From an uncultured Collinsella sp. (GTDB lineage: Bacteria; Actinomycetota; Coriobacteriia; Coriobacteriales; Coriobacteriaceae): a stretch of 64,000 bases of DNA. The DNA lies in NCBI GenBank assembly GCA_900541665.1, contig UQKV01000005.1:962-64961 (forward strand), given 5' to 3'. The stretch's first letter is position 1. Each line of letters starts with the position of its first letter. The position numbers and the translations under genes were made by a program. Below, one piece after another: positions 37,271 to 47,143 of the stretch. The notes beneath the pieces were generated by a model. The model was not told the DNA's origin. It was given only the letters and a program-made list of their open reading frames with translations, and ran no database searches.

Positions 37271-38098
37271 CTATGCGCGGGCCAGTGACGACTCGATGGC
37301 CTGGACCAGAAACGCCGTGGCTCCGGTGCCGCAGGGCTTGTCGTAGTAGTCAACAAAGCGCTGATCGGCAAGATAGCCGTGGGCGAGGCCCAGGTATGCT
37401 TCGTCTTGGGGTTCGTGTCCCCAGTTGAGACCAATCCAACGACGATGCATCGCGACAAGCTTGCGAGCCTCGCTTCCGTCCGCATCGCCATCGCCCATGG
37501 CGATCGATAGCTGGCCCAGAACAGCGCGTTCAAGTTCCTTCATGTCGTTCCATGTCTCGGGGTCCATGTCCAGCAGCGCTTCGTTTGCCGCATCGATAGC
37601 CTCATCGCCATAGCGCGCCCGGGCTTCGGCACCGTAGCGCTCCTCGTTTTCCTGCACGGTGCGCCAGCGCTCCAGTTGCGGCAGGACGGCGCCCATGAGC
37701 GAGACGGCTTCGTCGAGCGACATGCCGGTGTTTTGCGCCAGCCGCGGGGCACAGTCCTCGATCATCGCCTCCATCGTGGTGTCGTAGGTGTACTTGCCGT
37801 GGTCGTAGCACCACTTGCAGTAATGGTCGGTCGTGGCGCCCATGGCATCGGTGCCGCAGTCGTTGGGCGTGAGTATCATGCCGCAGCTCTGACAATAGTG
37901 CTCGGGCATTTCGAGCAGGTGGGACAGGGGCTCGCCGGTTACGGCGGCAATGAGCTTCATCATGTCGATGCCCGGTGTGACCTCGCCGCGTTCCCAACGG
38001 CTGACGGCTTGGCGCGTGACGAAGAGCTTGGCGGCGAGCTGCTCCTGGGTAAGGTGATGGACGCGACGGACAGCGATGAGCTTTTCTGCAAAGGCCAT
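37271..38098 (-). CDS. XRE-HTH / zinc-ribbon / TipAS-like domain transcriptional regulator
   Basis: The N-terminal HTH_3 is followed by CQSCG...CKWC and a C-terminal TipAS-like helical domain. Confidence 0.75.
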   Translation of the reverse strand: MAFAEKLIAVRRVHHLTQEQLAAKLFVTRQAVSRWERGEVTPGIDMMKLIAAVTGEPLSHLLEMPEHYCQSCGMILTPNDCGTDAMGATTDHYCKWCYDHGKYTYDTTMEAMIEDCAPRLAQNTGMSLDEAVSLMGAVLPQLERWRTVQENEERYGAEARARYGDEAIDAANEALLDMDPETWNDMKELERAVLGQLSIAMGDGDADGSEARKLVAMHRRWIGLNWGHEPQDEAYLGLAHGYLADQRFVDYYDKPCGTGATAFLVQAIESSLARA

Positions 38099-38239
38099 AG
38101 CGGCTCCTTTCTGCTGGTTGATGGCTTAAGCATACGCGGCGGCGGGCACCCTTCCAAGCAACCGTTGGTTGCACGACGGGGGACCGTGGCGAAGAATTGC
38201 GCGCAATGCCCCACGCCTCCATGCCGTACAATGACCGGC

Positions 38240-38977
38240 ATGGAACCTATCGCACACATACATACCGACCTGCCGCAGAAGTTCGGCATTCCGCGCAACA
38301 GCTTTTTGGCGCCCCATCTGCAGGGACGCATCGTCTTTGAGCCGGAATTTGCCTCCAACGCAGCGGTTGAGGGCCTGGACTCCTTCTCTCACCTATGGCT
38401 GCTGTGGCGCTTCGAAAACGGAACGCCCGGCGGCACGGCTAAGGACATAGCCGCCGATGCCAAAACGCAGGACAGGTCCGGTACCAACGCAAAATGGTCG
38501 AAGACCGTGCGTCCGCCGCGCCTGGGTGGAGCCGAGCGCGTGGGTGTATTTGCCACGCGCAGTCCGTTTCGCCCTAATCCCATCGGTCTTACCTGTGTCA
38601 AGCTCGATCGTGTCGAGCTCACCGATGATGGCCCGATCATCCATGTGCTGGGGGCCGATCTGCGCGATGGCACGCCCATCTACGACATTAAGCCCTACAT
38701 TCCGTTTGCCGACTGTCACCCGGATGCGACGGGCGGCTGGATCGAGGATACTCCGTGGCAAGAACTCGATGTTGAGTTTCCGCAGGCGCTGCAAGATATG
38801 GTCCCGCCCTCAAAGCTCCCCGGCTTGGTCGAGGTCCTTCGCCAAGATCCGCGCCGTGCGGGCAGCAAGCACGAGCCAAACCGCGTCTACCATCTGGCCT
38901 ACGCCGGGCTCGACATATCGTTTACGGTCGACGAAACCCAGCTAACCGTAGTCGCCGTCAACGACGCGCGGGGCTAA
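38240..38977 (+). CDS. trmO: tRNA (N6-threonylcarbamoyladenosine37-N6)-methyltransferase TrmO (YaeB family)
   Basis: The FSHLWLLWRF hallmark, the RPNPIG motif and a C-terminal TrmO domain are present. The ORF upstream of 38231 is antisense to the regulator gene. Confidence 0.85.
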   Translation: MEPIAHIHTDLPQKFGIPRNSFLAPHLQGRIVFEPEFASNAAVEGLDSFSHLWLLWRFENGTPGGTAKDIAADAKTQDRSGTNAKWSKTVRPPRLGGAERVGVFATRSPFRPNPIGLTCVKLDRVELTDDGPIIHVLGADLRDGTPIYDIKPYIPFADCHPDATGGWIEDTPWQELDVEFPQALQDMVPPSKLPGLVEVLRQDPRRAGSKHEPNRVYHLAYAGLDISFTVDETQLTVVAVNDARG

Positions 38978-39085
38978 CCATCCGTCCGTATCCGTCAAAA
39001 ACAACGCCAAACCCCATGCCAAAACCGCCCACGCTGGTGGACAATAACGCCTATCGAAACAGTCTACTTTGCACGGGAGCTCAGC

Positions 39086-40300
39086 ATGAAATACGACTTT
39101 CGCTCGCTTATCGACCGCCACGGCATGGACTCCATCGCCGTTGACTCCTGGGGCGAGATCCCCGGTATGGCTCCGAACGCACCCGACGAGGGCTTCGATC
39201 GCATTCCCATGTGGGTGGCGGACATGAACTTCGCCACGGTGCCCACGGTCCAGGAACACATCATTCAGCGTGCCCAGCACCCCATGTTTGGCTATTTCAA
39301 TCCGCGCTCCGAGTATTTCGACCGCATCATCGAATGGCAGAGCCGCCGCAATGGCGTCGAGGGCCTGCGCCCTGAACATATCGGTTACGAAAACGGCGTG
39401 CTGGGCGGTGCTGTGTCGACGCTGCGTGCGTATGTTCAGCCAGGCGATGCGGTGCTGGTCCACAGCCCTACCTACATCGGCTTTACCAAGTCCATCGAGG
39501 CCGCGGGCTATCGTATTGTCCACAGCCCGCTTAAGCTCGATGATCAGGGCGTGTGGCGCATGGACTTTGAGGACATGGAGCGCAAGCTCGCTCAAAACCA
39601 CATCCATGCCGCGGTATTCTGCTCGCCGCACAATCCCTGCGGCCGCGTATGGGAGCGTGACGAGATCGAGCGCGCCATGGACATCTATCGCCAGCACGAT
39701 TGCGTGGTGATCTCGGACGAGATTTGGTCCGATATCATCCTGCCGGGGCACAGGCACATCCCGACGCAGTCGGTGAGCGAGGATGCCCGCATGCGCACGG
39801 TTGCCCTCTACGCGCCCAGCAAGACGTTCAACCTGGCGGGCCTGGTCGGCAGCTACCACATCATCTACAACGAGACGCTGCGCGACCACGTGTGTGCCGT
39901 GTCCAACAAGACCCACTACAACGAGATGAATGTCCTCTCCATGCATGCGCTTATCGGTGCCTACCAGCCGCAGGGCTATGAGTGGGTGGACGAGCTCAAT
40001 CAGGTGCTTGCCGGCAATATCGAGTACTTCTGCAATTACGTGGACGAGCATTTTGAGGGCGTGTCCTATTCGCGTCCGCAGGGCACGTACATGGTGTTTC
40101 TGGACTGCACCGAGTGGTGCCGCGAGCATGGCCGCGATATTCAGTGGCTGCTCGACGAGGGGGCGCGCGTGGGCGTGGGGTATCAGGACGGCCGCCCGTT
40201 CCACGGGCCCTGCCACATTCGCGTGAATCTGGCGCTGCCGCTTTCGCGCGTAAGGGAGGCGTGCGACCGCCTGGACCACTACGTTTTTAATGCACGGTAA
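39086..40300 (+). CDS. MalY/PatB-family PLP-dependent C-S lyase (cystathionine beta-lyase-like aminotransferase)
   Basis: It has the aminotransferase class I/II fold with a PLP lysine region (YAPSKTFNLAGL). Confidence 0.85.
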   Translation: MKYDFRSLIDRHGMDSIAVDSWGEIPGMAPNAPDEGFDRIPMWVADMNFATVPTVQEHIIQRAQHPMFGYFNPRSEYFDRIIEWQSRRNGVEGLRPEHIGYENGVLGGAVSTLRAYVQPGDAVLVHSPTYIGFTKSIEAAGYRIVHSPLKLDDQGVWRMDFEDMERKLAQNHIHAAVFCSPHNPCGRVWERDEIERAMDIYRQHDCVVISDEIWSDIILPGHRHIPTQSVSEDARMRTVALYAPSKTFNLAGLVGSYHIIYNETLRDHVCAVSNKTHYNEMNVLSMHALIGAYQPQGYEWVDELNQVLAGNIEYFCNYVDEHFEGVSYSRPQGTYMVFLDCTEWCREHGRDIQWLLDEGARVGVGYQDGRPFHGPCHIRVNLALPLSRVREACDRLDHYVFNAR

Positions 40301-40444
40301 GTGAGCACTGCATGCGGGGCCTTCTGCCAAGTCGGCTGGAAGGCCCCGCATGGTAAAACGTCTGTAACCATTGGGCACTCGTGTGGTTTTGTTTGCTATT
40401 ATTTTCTACCATTTCAGTCTGTAAACATGATCGTCTGGAGCTCG

Positions 40445-41314
40445 ATGAAAAGACCCCGTCGCTCGGTTGCCATATCGTTGTTTGTTGCGCTTGCGGTAGC
40501 GTGCGCCTTTGTCGTAGCGATAGCTGGCTGCTCCGGGTCGAATGACGGAGCCTCGACGTCTGCATTAGAAGGTCTGGACGCCTCACAAGCCAAAGACGAC
40601 AACCTTAAGACGCTCAACGTCGGCAGCGACCTCTATCCACCGTTTGTGTATACCGATGAGTACGGCGATATCGTTGGCCTGGATGTCGAGATATTGACCG
40701 AGGCTTTGGCCCGCATTGGTTACAAGCCAAAGTACCAGCTGATCGATTGGGAAAAGAAGAAAGAGCTGCTGGCGAGCGGCGAGCTCGATTGCGTCATGGG
40801 CAGCTTTAGCATGACGGGTCGCGAAAACGAGTATCGTTGGGCCGGCCCGTACCTTGCGAGCCGCCAGGTGGTCGCGGTCGATCCCCAGAGCGATATCTAC
40901 ACGCTTGCCGATCTTGAGGATAAGGTCGTGGCGGTCCAGTCCACCACCAAGCCCGAGGACATTTTGCTCAATCATACAAATGAAAACGTTCCGCAGATCA
41001 AAGAGCTCTACTGCTTTTCGGACCGCTCATACCTGAACCCGGCGCTCGTCGAAGGTCTGGTCGACGCCATCGCCGCGCATGAGTCCTCGCTGCTCACCTA
41101 CGAAAAAGACTATGGTGTGACGTATCGCATTTTGGATGAGCCGCTGCTAGAGGTTGGTTTGGGCACCGCTTTCGATATCAATGATACGCGCGGCATCGAC
41201 GTTAAACTCACCCGTGCCTACCGGGAAATGCTTGCCGATGGCACCATGGAACGTCTGGTGTCAAAGTACTTTGATGACCCTTCGCCATTTTTGAATACGG
41301 AGGGCTTGTCATGA
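40445..41314 (+). CDS. family-3 solute-binding lipoprotein (amino-acid ABC SBP-like)
   Basis: It has a lipobox (IAGC) and the SBP_bac_3 fold, and its stop overlaps the kinase start. Confidence 0.8.
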   Translation: MKRPRRSVAISLFVALAVACAFVVAIAGCSGSNDGASTSALEGLDASQAKDDNLKTLNVGSDLYPPFVYTDEYGDIVGLDVEILTEALARIGYKPKYQLIDWEKKKELLASGELDCVMGSFSMTGRENEYRWAGPYLASRQVVAVDPQSDIYTLADLEDKVVAVQSTTKPEDILLNHTNENVPQIKELYCFSDRSYLNPALVEGLVDAIAAHESSLLTYEKDYGVTYRILDEPLLEVGLGTAFDINDTRGIDVKLTRAYREMLADGTMERLVSKYFDDPSPFLNTEGLS

Positions 41315-43503
41315 TCGATGCGCCCGACCACGCCGCTCAGGGGCGGGGCAATCGTTCGACAGGGGCATGGCTCCTTGTCGCCCTGCTGGGGATAGCGCTC
41401 TCGGTTGTTGCCGGCATGATGAGCTACGGCTACACGACGGCCCAAGCCGAGCAGCGCTTTGCCGACGTTGTCGATTACGTGGCGACGCAGAGCCTTTCCT
41501 ACGATGCATTCAATAGCGCCTATACGACCAAAAACCTGATTCGCGTTATGGAGATCGCCGGAGAGACAGCGCGCGATATGGAGCGCGACGGTTCGGTGGA
41601 TAACGCCATGCTGGAGCAATATGCCGACCAGTTCAACGTGAGCGCACTGATCGTGACGGACGCATCGGGCAATTTGGTGTCCGAGTCCTCGACGGATGGC
41701 GTGGGCTACGAGTCGCTCGCTACGTATCTCAAGGAAGCACCCGTGCTGGAGGTGGCAGCCCATCCGCTTAAGTCCTATACCGCCCGCATTACGCTTTCGG
41801 ATGATTCGGTTGCAGACATTGGTTGCGTGACCCGGCAAGATGGCGAGGGCATCGTTATCGCGGTCAGGCATCAGAGCGCGAAGGCAGTTGCAAGCAATAC
41901 GCTCAAACTGCAGAGCTTGCTCGGTGGTTATGAGACCATCGACAGTGGCAATATCGTGATCGAAAGCGATGGCAAGGTCGTTGCGACCAATGCCGTTGAA
42001 CCCACCATATTGGGCGTATTCAATCTGCCTGCAACGGATGTCTTTATTGTCGACGGTATTAAGGATCGATGCCTGCCCGGCAAAGTCCGACTGGTCAACG
42101 CCAGCGGCGAGTGGTATTTGGGCACATTTGGAAAAGCGCGCGGGTTCTACGTGTACACCTATGCCTCGGCGCGGCGCTACTTTGAGGTCGTCGCGGCTGT
42201 TGCTGCCGGCGTGCTGGTGCTCTACAGCGGTGTTATAGCCGTTGTTGTGATGGTGCGTCGCCGCGCTGATCGTCGACGTTTGACGGACTTGCTGCAGCAG
42301 GAGCGCGACTATGGCGACAAGCTGGCTAAGGCAGCGCGCGAGGCTTCGTCTGCCAACTCGGCAAAGACGGAGTTTTTGCGTCGCATGAGCCACGATCTGC
42401 GCACGCCCATCAACGGCATTCGCGGCATGGTCGAGGTCGGCGATGCCAATGCGGACGATCTGCAAAAGCAGACCGAGTGCCGCTCAAAGATCTGGACGGC
42501 ATCGGGACTGCTGCTCGACCTTGCCAACGAGGCCCTGGATATGAGTCGCCTGGAGAGCGGGCAAATCGATCTGGAGCTTGTTCCCACAAACTTGGTGACC
42601 CTCAACCACGAGGTGCGCGATATTCTGGAGCGCCAGGCCGAGGAGCGTCTGGTGACAATTATCTGCGACCAGCAGACGCTTAATCATCCCTATGCGCGGG
42701 TGAGCGTGACGCACCTCAAGCGCTTGTTGCTCAATATTGCCGGCAATGCCGTCAAGTACAACCGCCAGGGCGGCTATGTTCGCCTGGTGTGCCGCGAGGT
42801 GGAGCCAGCGGATGGCGTCCCCGTCTATGAATACACGATCGCCGACAACGGTATTGGCATGAGCGAGGAGTTCCAACAGCGCCTCTACGAGCCGTTTTGC
42901 CGTGAGGGGCAACAGGTGGAAGGCGCTTCATCGGGAACTGGCCTGGGCGCGTCTATCGCAAAACAGTTGGTCGAGCTTATGGGCGGAACCATGAGTTTTA
43001 CGAGCGTCTTGGGGCAGGGGACGACGTTTACCATCCGCCTGCCGTTCGAGAAATGCAAGCGCTCCGAGATTCCTCAGGCTGTGCGCGTGGACGCGGGAGA
43101 CGGCGATGCACTCCAGGGCTTGCGCGTTTTGCTCGTAGAGGATAACGATCTGAATGCCGAGATCGCGCAGTTTACGCTCAGCCGTGCCGGTGCCGTCGTG
43201 ACACACGCTAGGGATGGTGAGTCTGCCGTCGAGATGTTTGCCGCGAGCGTGCCGCACGAGTACGACGTGGTGTTGATGGACATCATGATGCCGGGCATCG
43301 ATGGCCTTGAGGCCACACGTCAGATTCGAGCACTCGATCGCGAGGATGCCGCGACCACGCCGATTATCGCCGTGAGCGCCAACGCCTTTGCCGACGACCG
43401 CAGGCTTTCGCGCGAGGCGGGCATGGACGCGCACCTGAGTAAACCCGTGAGCTCGCAGGAGCTCATTGAGGCGCTTGCGCACATAGCCGTCGACGCTCTA
43501 TAA
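41311..43503 (+). CDS. hybrid sensor histidine kinase/response regulator
   Basis: The protein has a membrane sensor region, a HisKA H-box (SHDLRTPINGIRGM), a HATPase_c domain and a C-terminal receiver (LLVEDNDLN...DVVLMDIMMPGIDG). Confidence 0.85.
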   Translation: MIDAPDHAAQGRGNRSTGAWLLVALLGIALSVVAGMMSYGYTTAQAEQRFADVVDYVATQSLSYDAFNSAYTTKNLIRVMEIAGETARDMERDGSVDNAMLEQYADQFNVSALIVTDASGNLVSESSTDGVGYESLATYLKEAPVLEVAAHPLKSYTARITLSDDSVADIGCVTRQDGEGIVIAVRHQSAKAVASNTLKLQSLLGGYETIDSGNIVIESDGKVVATNAVEPTILGVFNLPATDVFIVDGIKDRCLPGKVRLVNASGEWYLGTFGKARGFYVYTYASARRYFEVVAAVAAGVLVLYSGVIAVVVMVRRRADRRRLTDLLQQERDYGDKLAKAAREASSANSAKTEFLRRMSHDLRTPINGIRGMVEVGDANADDLQKQTECRSKIWTASGLLLDLANEALDMSRLESGQIDLELVPTNLVTLNHEVRDILERQAEERLVTIICDQQTLNHPYARVSVTHLKRLLLNIAGNAVKYNRQGGYVRLVCREVEPADGVPVYEYTIADNGIGMSEEFQQRLYEPFCREGQQVEGASSGTGLGASIAKQLVELMGGTMSFTSVLGQGTTFTIRLPFEKCKRSEIPQAVRVDAGDGDALQGLRVLLVEDNDLNAEIAQFTLSRAGAVVTHARDGESAVEMFAASVPHEYDVVLMDIMMPGIDGLEATRQIRALDREDAATTPIIAVSANAFADDRRLSREAGMDAHLSKPVSSQELIEALAHIAVDAL

Positions 43504-43504
43504 G

Positions 43505-43545
43505 CATATGGCCTGGTTCCAAGGTGGGTTGGAACCAGGCCATAT
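43505..43545. terminator. bidirectional 17-bp hairpin between convergent genes
   Basis: catatggcctggttccaa-ggtggg-ttggaaccaggccatat is followed by tgttattg. Confidence 0.6.
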
Positions 43546-43572
43546 TGTTATTGATGAGGCCTGCTGAGGGGC

Positions 43573-44052
43573 TTACTTTTCCTGAATCTGCTTGCCGCAG
43601 AGATGCTCAATCGTAATCTCGTAGAGCTGGACGCCCTTAATGTCCTTGGCGATTTCCTCTTCGACTTCCTCGGCAGAAGGGTAGTACTTAAGCGCGAGCT
43701 GGCGGACTTTGTCCTCGATAAACGCGGGGGTGTCATTCGCCAGGCGACAACGGCCAAAGACCACGGTACTCATAACGTAGGGAGCCCAGTCACCGTCCTT
43801 GTACCACTCGTTGCCGTAAACGGTAAAGCAGACCTTGTCATCGCGCTTGAGTGCGTCGACCTTGTGGCCAGCCTTGGCGCCATGGAAATAAATCTTGTCG
43901 TGCTCGGCGTCAAAGAAGTAGTTGACGGGAATGGCGTACGGGTAGCCATCGTCGCCGTTGACGGCAAAGACGCCGCGCTTGCAGGTAGCGAGCAGTTCGC
44001 GCGCTTCCTCGTCAGTGATGGCGCGTTTCTTTCGACGTAAGGGCCTAAACAT
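43573..44052 (-). CDS. pyridoxamine 5'-phosphate oxidase-family FMN-binding protein (general stress protein 26-like)
   Basis: It has the PNPOx-like split-barrel fold, with an AAAGGAAG RBS before the ATG at 44052. Confidence 0.8.
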   Translation of the reverse strand: MFRPLRRKKRAITDEEARELLATCKRGVFAVNGDDGYPYAIPVNYFFDAEHDKIYFHGAKAGHKVDALKRDDKVCFTVYGNEWYKDGDWAPYVMSTVVFGRCRLANDTPAFIEDKVRQLALKYYPSAEEVEEEIAKDIKGVQLYEITIEHLCGKQIQEK

Positions 44053-44094
44053 CGTTGGCTTCCTTTCTGGTCGTGCGTGGTGGTTGAGCACAAA

Positions 44095-46905
44095 CTATAG
44101 CGAAACGGATCCGTTTTTCTTGATGCGGGCGAGTATGTTTTTGAGCTTGTTAAAGTCGAGCGGTTTGGACAGATGGGCGTTCATGCCGGCGTCGTGTGCC
44201 GCCTTGGCGTCTTCGGCAAAGGCGTTGGCGGTGAGCGCGATGATGGGGATATCGGCTGCATCGACCTTCTCGCTCAGACGAATCGCGCGGGTTGCCTCGT
44301 AGCCGTCCATGTCCGGCATCATAATGTCCATCAGAATCGCATCGAAGCTGCCGGCGGGATGCGACAGGTACAGATCGACGACTTCGTTGCCATTGGCGGC
44401 CCGGGTGACCACGATGCCCTCGGATTCTAGCAGCGTCTGGGCAATCTCGGCATTCAATTCGTTGTCTTCGGCGAGCAGTACGTTCATGTCGGCGAGCGAG
44501 CAGTCGAGCGCCCTCTCGACCGTATTCGCCCGCGCCTGGGGGTTCTTGTCGATATCGAGCGGAATCTCCACATAGAACGAGGTGCCCACATTGAGCTCAC
44601 TGGTGACTTCGATGGTGCCGCCCATCAGTTCAATAAGCGACTTGACGATTGGCATGCCCATGCCGACTCCTTGGAACTTGCTGCGCGCATCGTCGCCTTC
44701 TTGGGCGAACGGCTCGTAAATGTGCGCCAAAAACTCAGGCGTCATGCCAATGCCGGTATCCGAGACGCTAAAGCAAAACAGTGCGTGCTCGTCGTCGAGC
44801 GGCTTGGCGGCCGACGAGAACGTGACTGTTCCGCCGCGCTTGTTGTACTTAATGCTGTTGTCTAACAGGTTAATCATGATCTGTCGGATATGGGTGGGAC
44901 TGCCGATCATGTATGGCCCCGTGGCGTACGGCAGACTATTGTCCTGCATGGTGATGCCGTTACTGGACGCGCGGAGCTTGCACAGCACCAGTGTATCGTC
45001 ACAGAGCTCTTTGAGGTTAAAAGGCGCATGCTCCAGTGTTAGCTTGCTGTCTTCGATTTTGCCCATCTCGAGGATGTCGTTGATCAGCGAGAGCAGGTGA
45101 TTGGCGGCAACGCGCGCCTTGGCACGGCTCTCACGGGCGACCTGGATATCGCCTTCCTTCAATTCCTCGATCTCGATAAGGCCCAGGATGCCGTTGAGCG
45201 GCGTTCGGATATCGTGGCTCATGCGCGTGAGGAAAGCGGTTTTGGCAGCATTGGCGGCATCGGCTTTCTGTCGTTCTTTCTGCGCGCGTTGAAGCGACCA
45301 GGCAAGGATGACGATGCCGGTGAGCAAAATGCAGATGATAACAGTCACAATGGCGGTGCGGTTGCGGTAGAGAAACTGGAACGTGTCCGATTCTTGTGCC
45401 GTGTACGACGTTGAGGAGTAGCTGCTAGCAGAGAGCGATTCGCCGGCATTGATGATGCCCTTATTAATGATTCCCAGCAGTTCGGGCTTGCCGCTCGACA
45501 TCAAGCACGCGAGGTCGGCGGTTTGCGAGAGCTCCTGTGTCCGGTAATTGTCGATATCGAAGCGGTCGCGGAGGGTTTCCAAGCGGGTGGTGGGAACGAT
45601 GGCGCAACTTGCTTTGCCCTGTTTAAGGGCGCTGAGCATTTCTTCGCCGCTTCCGTATTCGGTTACGGTTGCATGGGGAAACAGACTCTTGAGCTCAGAA
45701 TAATTAACAAAGGACCTCTCGGTGCAGGCGATGTTCTTGAGGTCTTTGTCCAAATTGCTGCCGGTGTGGATGGCAGTGAGGGAGACCGTTCCCATCGAGA
45801 CAGACTGCACGGCGGCCCCCTGCTCGGCAAGCCAGTAATCGCGGTAGTATGGAAGGGCGACGTCAATGATTCCCTTTTTGAGGGCGTCTGACATCTCCTT
45901 ATTGGTCGTGAACGCGATGGTCTTCACCTTGATGTCAAACTTATCGCGCAGTGTCGTTGCGAGCGAAGCGAGCGAGCCTTCCATTTCGCCGTCATCATTT
46001 TGCGTGCAGTAGGGAAGTTGATTTTTAAGATAGCCGAGTGTGATGGTGTTGTCATTTGCTTTGAGCCAGGAACTTTCGGGGCCGTTGAGCGATGATGAAC
46101 CGCTGTTTTGGGTCGAGTAGTTAGATTTGACTTCGTCGATATAGCGTGGGTTGACGCGGGCGATTGCCGACATGGCTGCATTGATGTCGTCCATTAGGTC
46201 GGGGCGGCTTTTGGGGACGGCAAGGTAGTAGTCGTTCGAACCAACGTAGAACATGGGCAACGCATCGGGCGACGAAATGGTGTCGTTCATGATGATGGCG
46301 TCGACCTCGCCGTTTGCGAGCGCGTCAAAGAGGGCGCCGCCAGTGTCGATTTCTTTATAGGTGCAGGTAATGCCTTCGTTGGCGAGCCACTGCTGGCCAA
46401 CGAAGGTTTGCATAACGTCGGGGTTGCAGCCAATGGTAAGGCCTTGGAGCGCTTGGGGGTCACCCTTGGCCAGATCGTCGCGATCGGGCTTGGCGTAGAT
46501 GTAGTAGCGCTCGGTGCCCTCGGGGTTCGAGGAAAAGAGCAGCTTTTGGGCGCGTTCTTCGGAGTAGGAGATGTTTGGCATGAGGTCGATTTCGCCTGCC
46601 TCGAGCATGTCCATAAGCTCGGTGAAGGTGCCGGAGACGTATTCGTACCGCCAGCCGGGCGTGTAGTACGACAGGGTCTGGAGGTACTCGTAACCCCATC
46701 CCGAGAGACGCTCGCCGGGGGTGCCGTCCTGGAAGCCCTCGTTGCTGACGAGCCAACCAACGCGGACCGTTTTGACCTGTTGATCGGAGCCGGCGGCAAA
46801 GGCAGGGGCGGGCATGATGGCGCTCAGTACGGCGAGCGCGGTAAGCGCGACGGCCAGGGTGCGATATATAACTGAACGAAGGGCAGCGGCAGCTCTCACA
46901 TGCAA
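44095..46905 (-). CDS. hybrid sensor histidine kinase/response regulator with two periplasmic SBP_bac_3 domains (BvgS/EvgS-like)
   Basis: A signal peptide and two solute-binding domains are followed by a TM segment, HisKA (SHDIRTPLNGILG), HATPase_c and a receiver domain. Confidence 0.85.
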   Translation of the reverse strand: MHVRAAAALRSVIYRTLAVALTALAVLSAIMPAPAFAAGSDQQVKTVRVGWLVSNEGFQDGTPGERLSGWGYEYLQTLSYYTPGWRYEYVSGTFTELMDMLEAGEIDLMPNISYSEERAQKLLFSSNPEGTERYYIYAKPDRDDLAKGDPQALQGLTIGCNPDVMQTFVGQQWLANEGITCTYKEIDTGGALFDALANGEVDAIIMNDTISSPDALPMFYVGSNDYYLAVPKSRPDLMDDINAAMSAIARVNPRYIDEVKSNYSTQNSGSSSLNGPESSWLKANDNTITLGYLKNQLPYCTQNDDGEMEGSLASLATTLRDKFDIKVKTIAFTTNKEMSDALKKGIIDVALPYYRDYWLAEQGAAVQSVSMGTVSLTAIHTGSNLDKDLKNIACTERSFVNYSELKSLFPHATVTEYGSGEEMLSALKQGKASCAIVPTTRLETLRDRFDIDNYRTQELSQTADLACLMSSGKPELLGIINKGIINAGESLSASSYSSTSYTAQESDTFQFLYRNRTAIVTVIICILLTGIVILAWSLQRAQKERQKADAANAAKTAFLTRMSHDIRTPLNGILGLIEIEELKEGDIQVARESRAKARVAANHLLSLINDILEMGKIEDSKLTLEHAPFNLKELCDDTLVLCKLRASSNGITMQDNSLPYATGPYMIGSPTHIRQIMINLLDNSIKYNKRGGTVTFSSAAKPLDDEHALFCFSVSDTGIGMTPEFLAHIYEPFAQEGDDARSKFQGVGMGMPIVKSLIELMGGTIEVTSELNVGTSFYVEIPLDIDKNPQARANTVERALDCSLADMNVLLAEDNELNAEIAQTLLESEGIVVTRAANGNEVVDLYLSHPAGSFDAILMDIMMPDMDGYEATRAIRLSEKVDAADIPIIALTANAFAEDAKAAHDAGMNAHLSKPLDFNKLKNILARIKKNGSVSL

Positions 46906-46991
46906 TCCTAACGAATCGAGACATTACCGCATAAGGACACCAGCTCAGCCTGCCCAGCCGGCCGCTGCACCGCTAAACGCTCCCGCCCGGC

Positions 46992-47074
46992 AGTCATTGG
47001 GGACGTTCTTAAACGACCAGTCATTGGGGACGTTCTTGTTTGACTAGTCATTTAAGAACGTCCCCGATGACTAG
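46992..47074. repeat. palindromic repeat family: two forward + one inverted GTCATTGGGGACGTTCT units
   Basis: This is a direct sequence observation. Confidence 0.85.
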
Positions 47075-47143
47075 TTCCGTTTGCGGGGGAGGCGTGGGAC
47101 AATACCGGGCGAACGTGATTGGTTGTCCGTGGAAAGGGTCGCG

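Noticed and set aside
37676-38239. N-terminal 185 codons of the 433-aa ORF containing trmO
   Set aside because: This part overlaps the HTH/zinc-ribbon regulator on the opposite strand. The TrmO homology begins at 38240.
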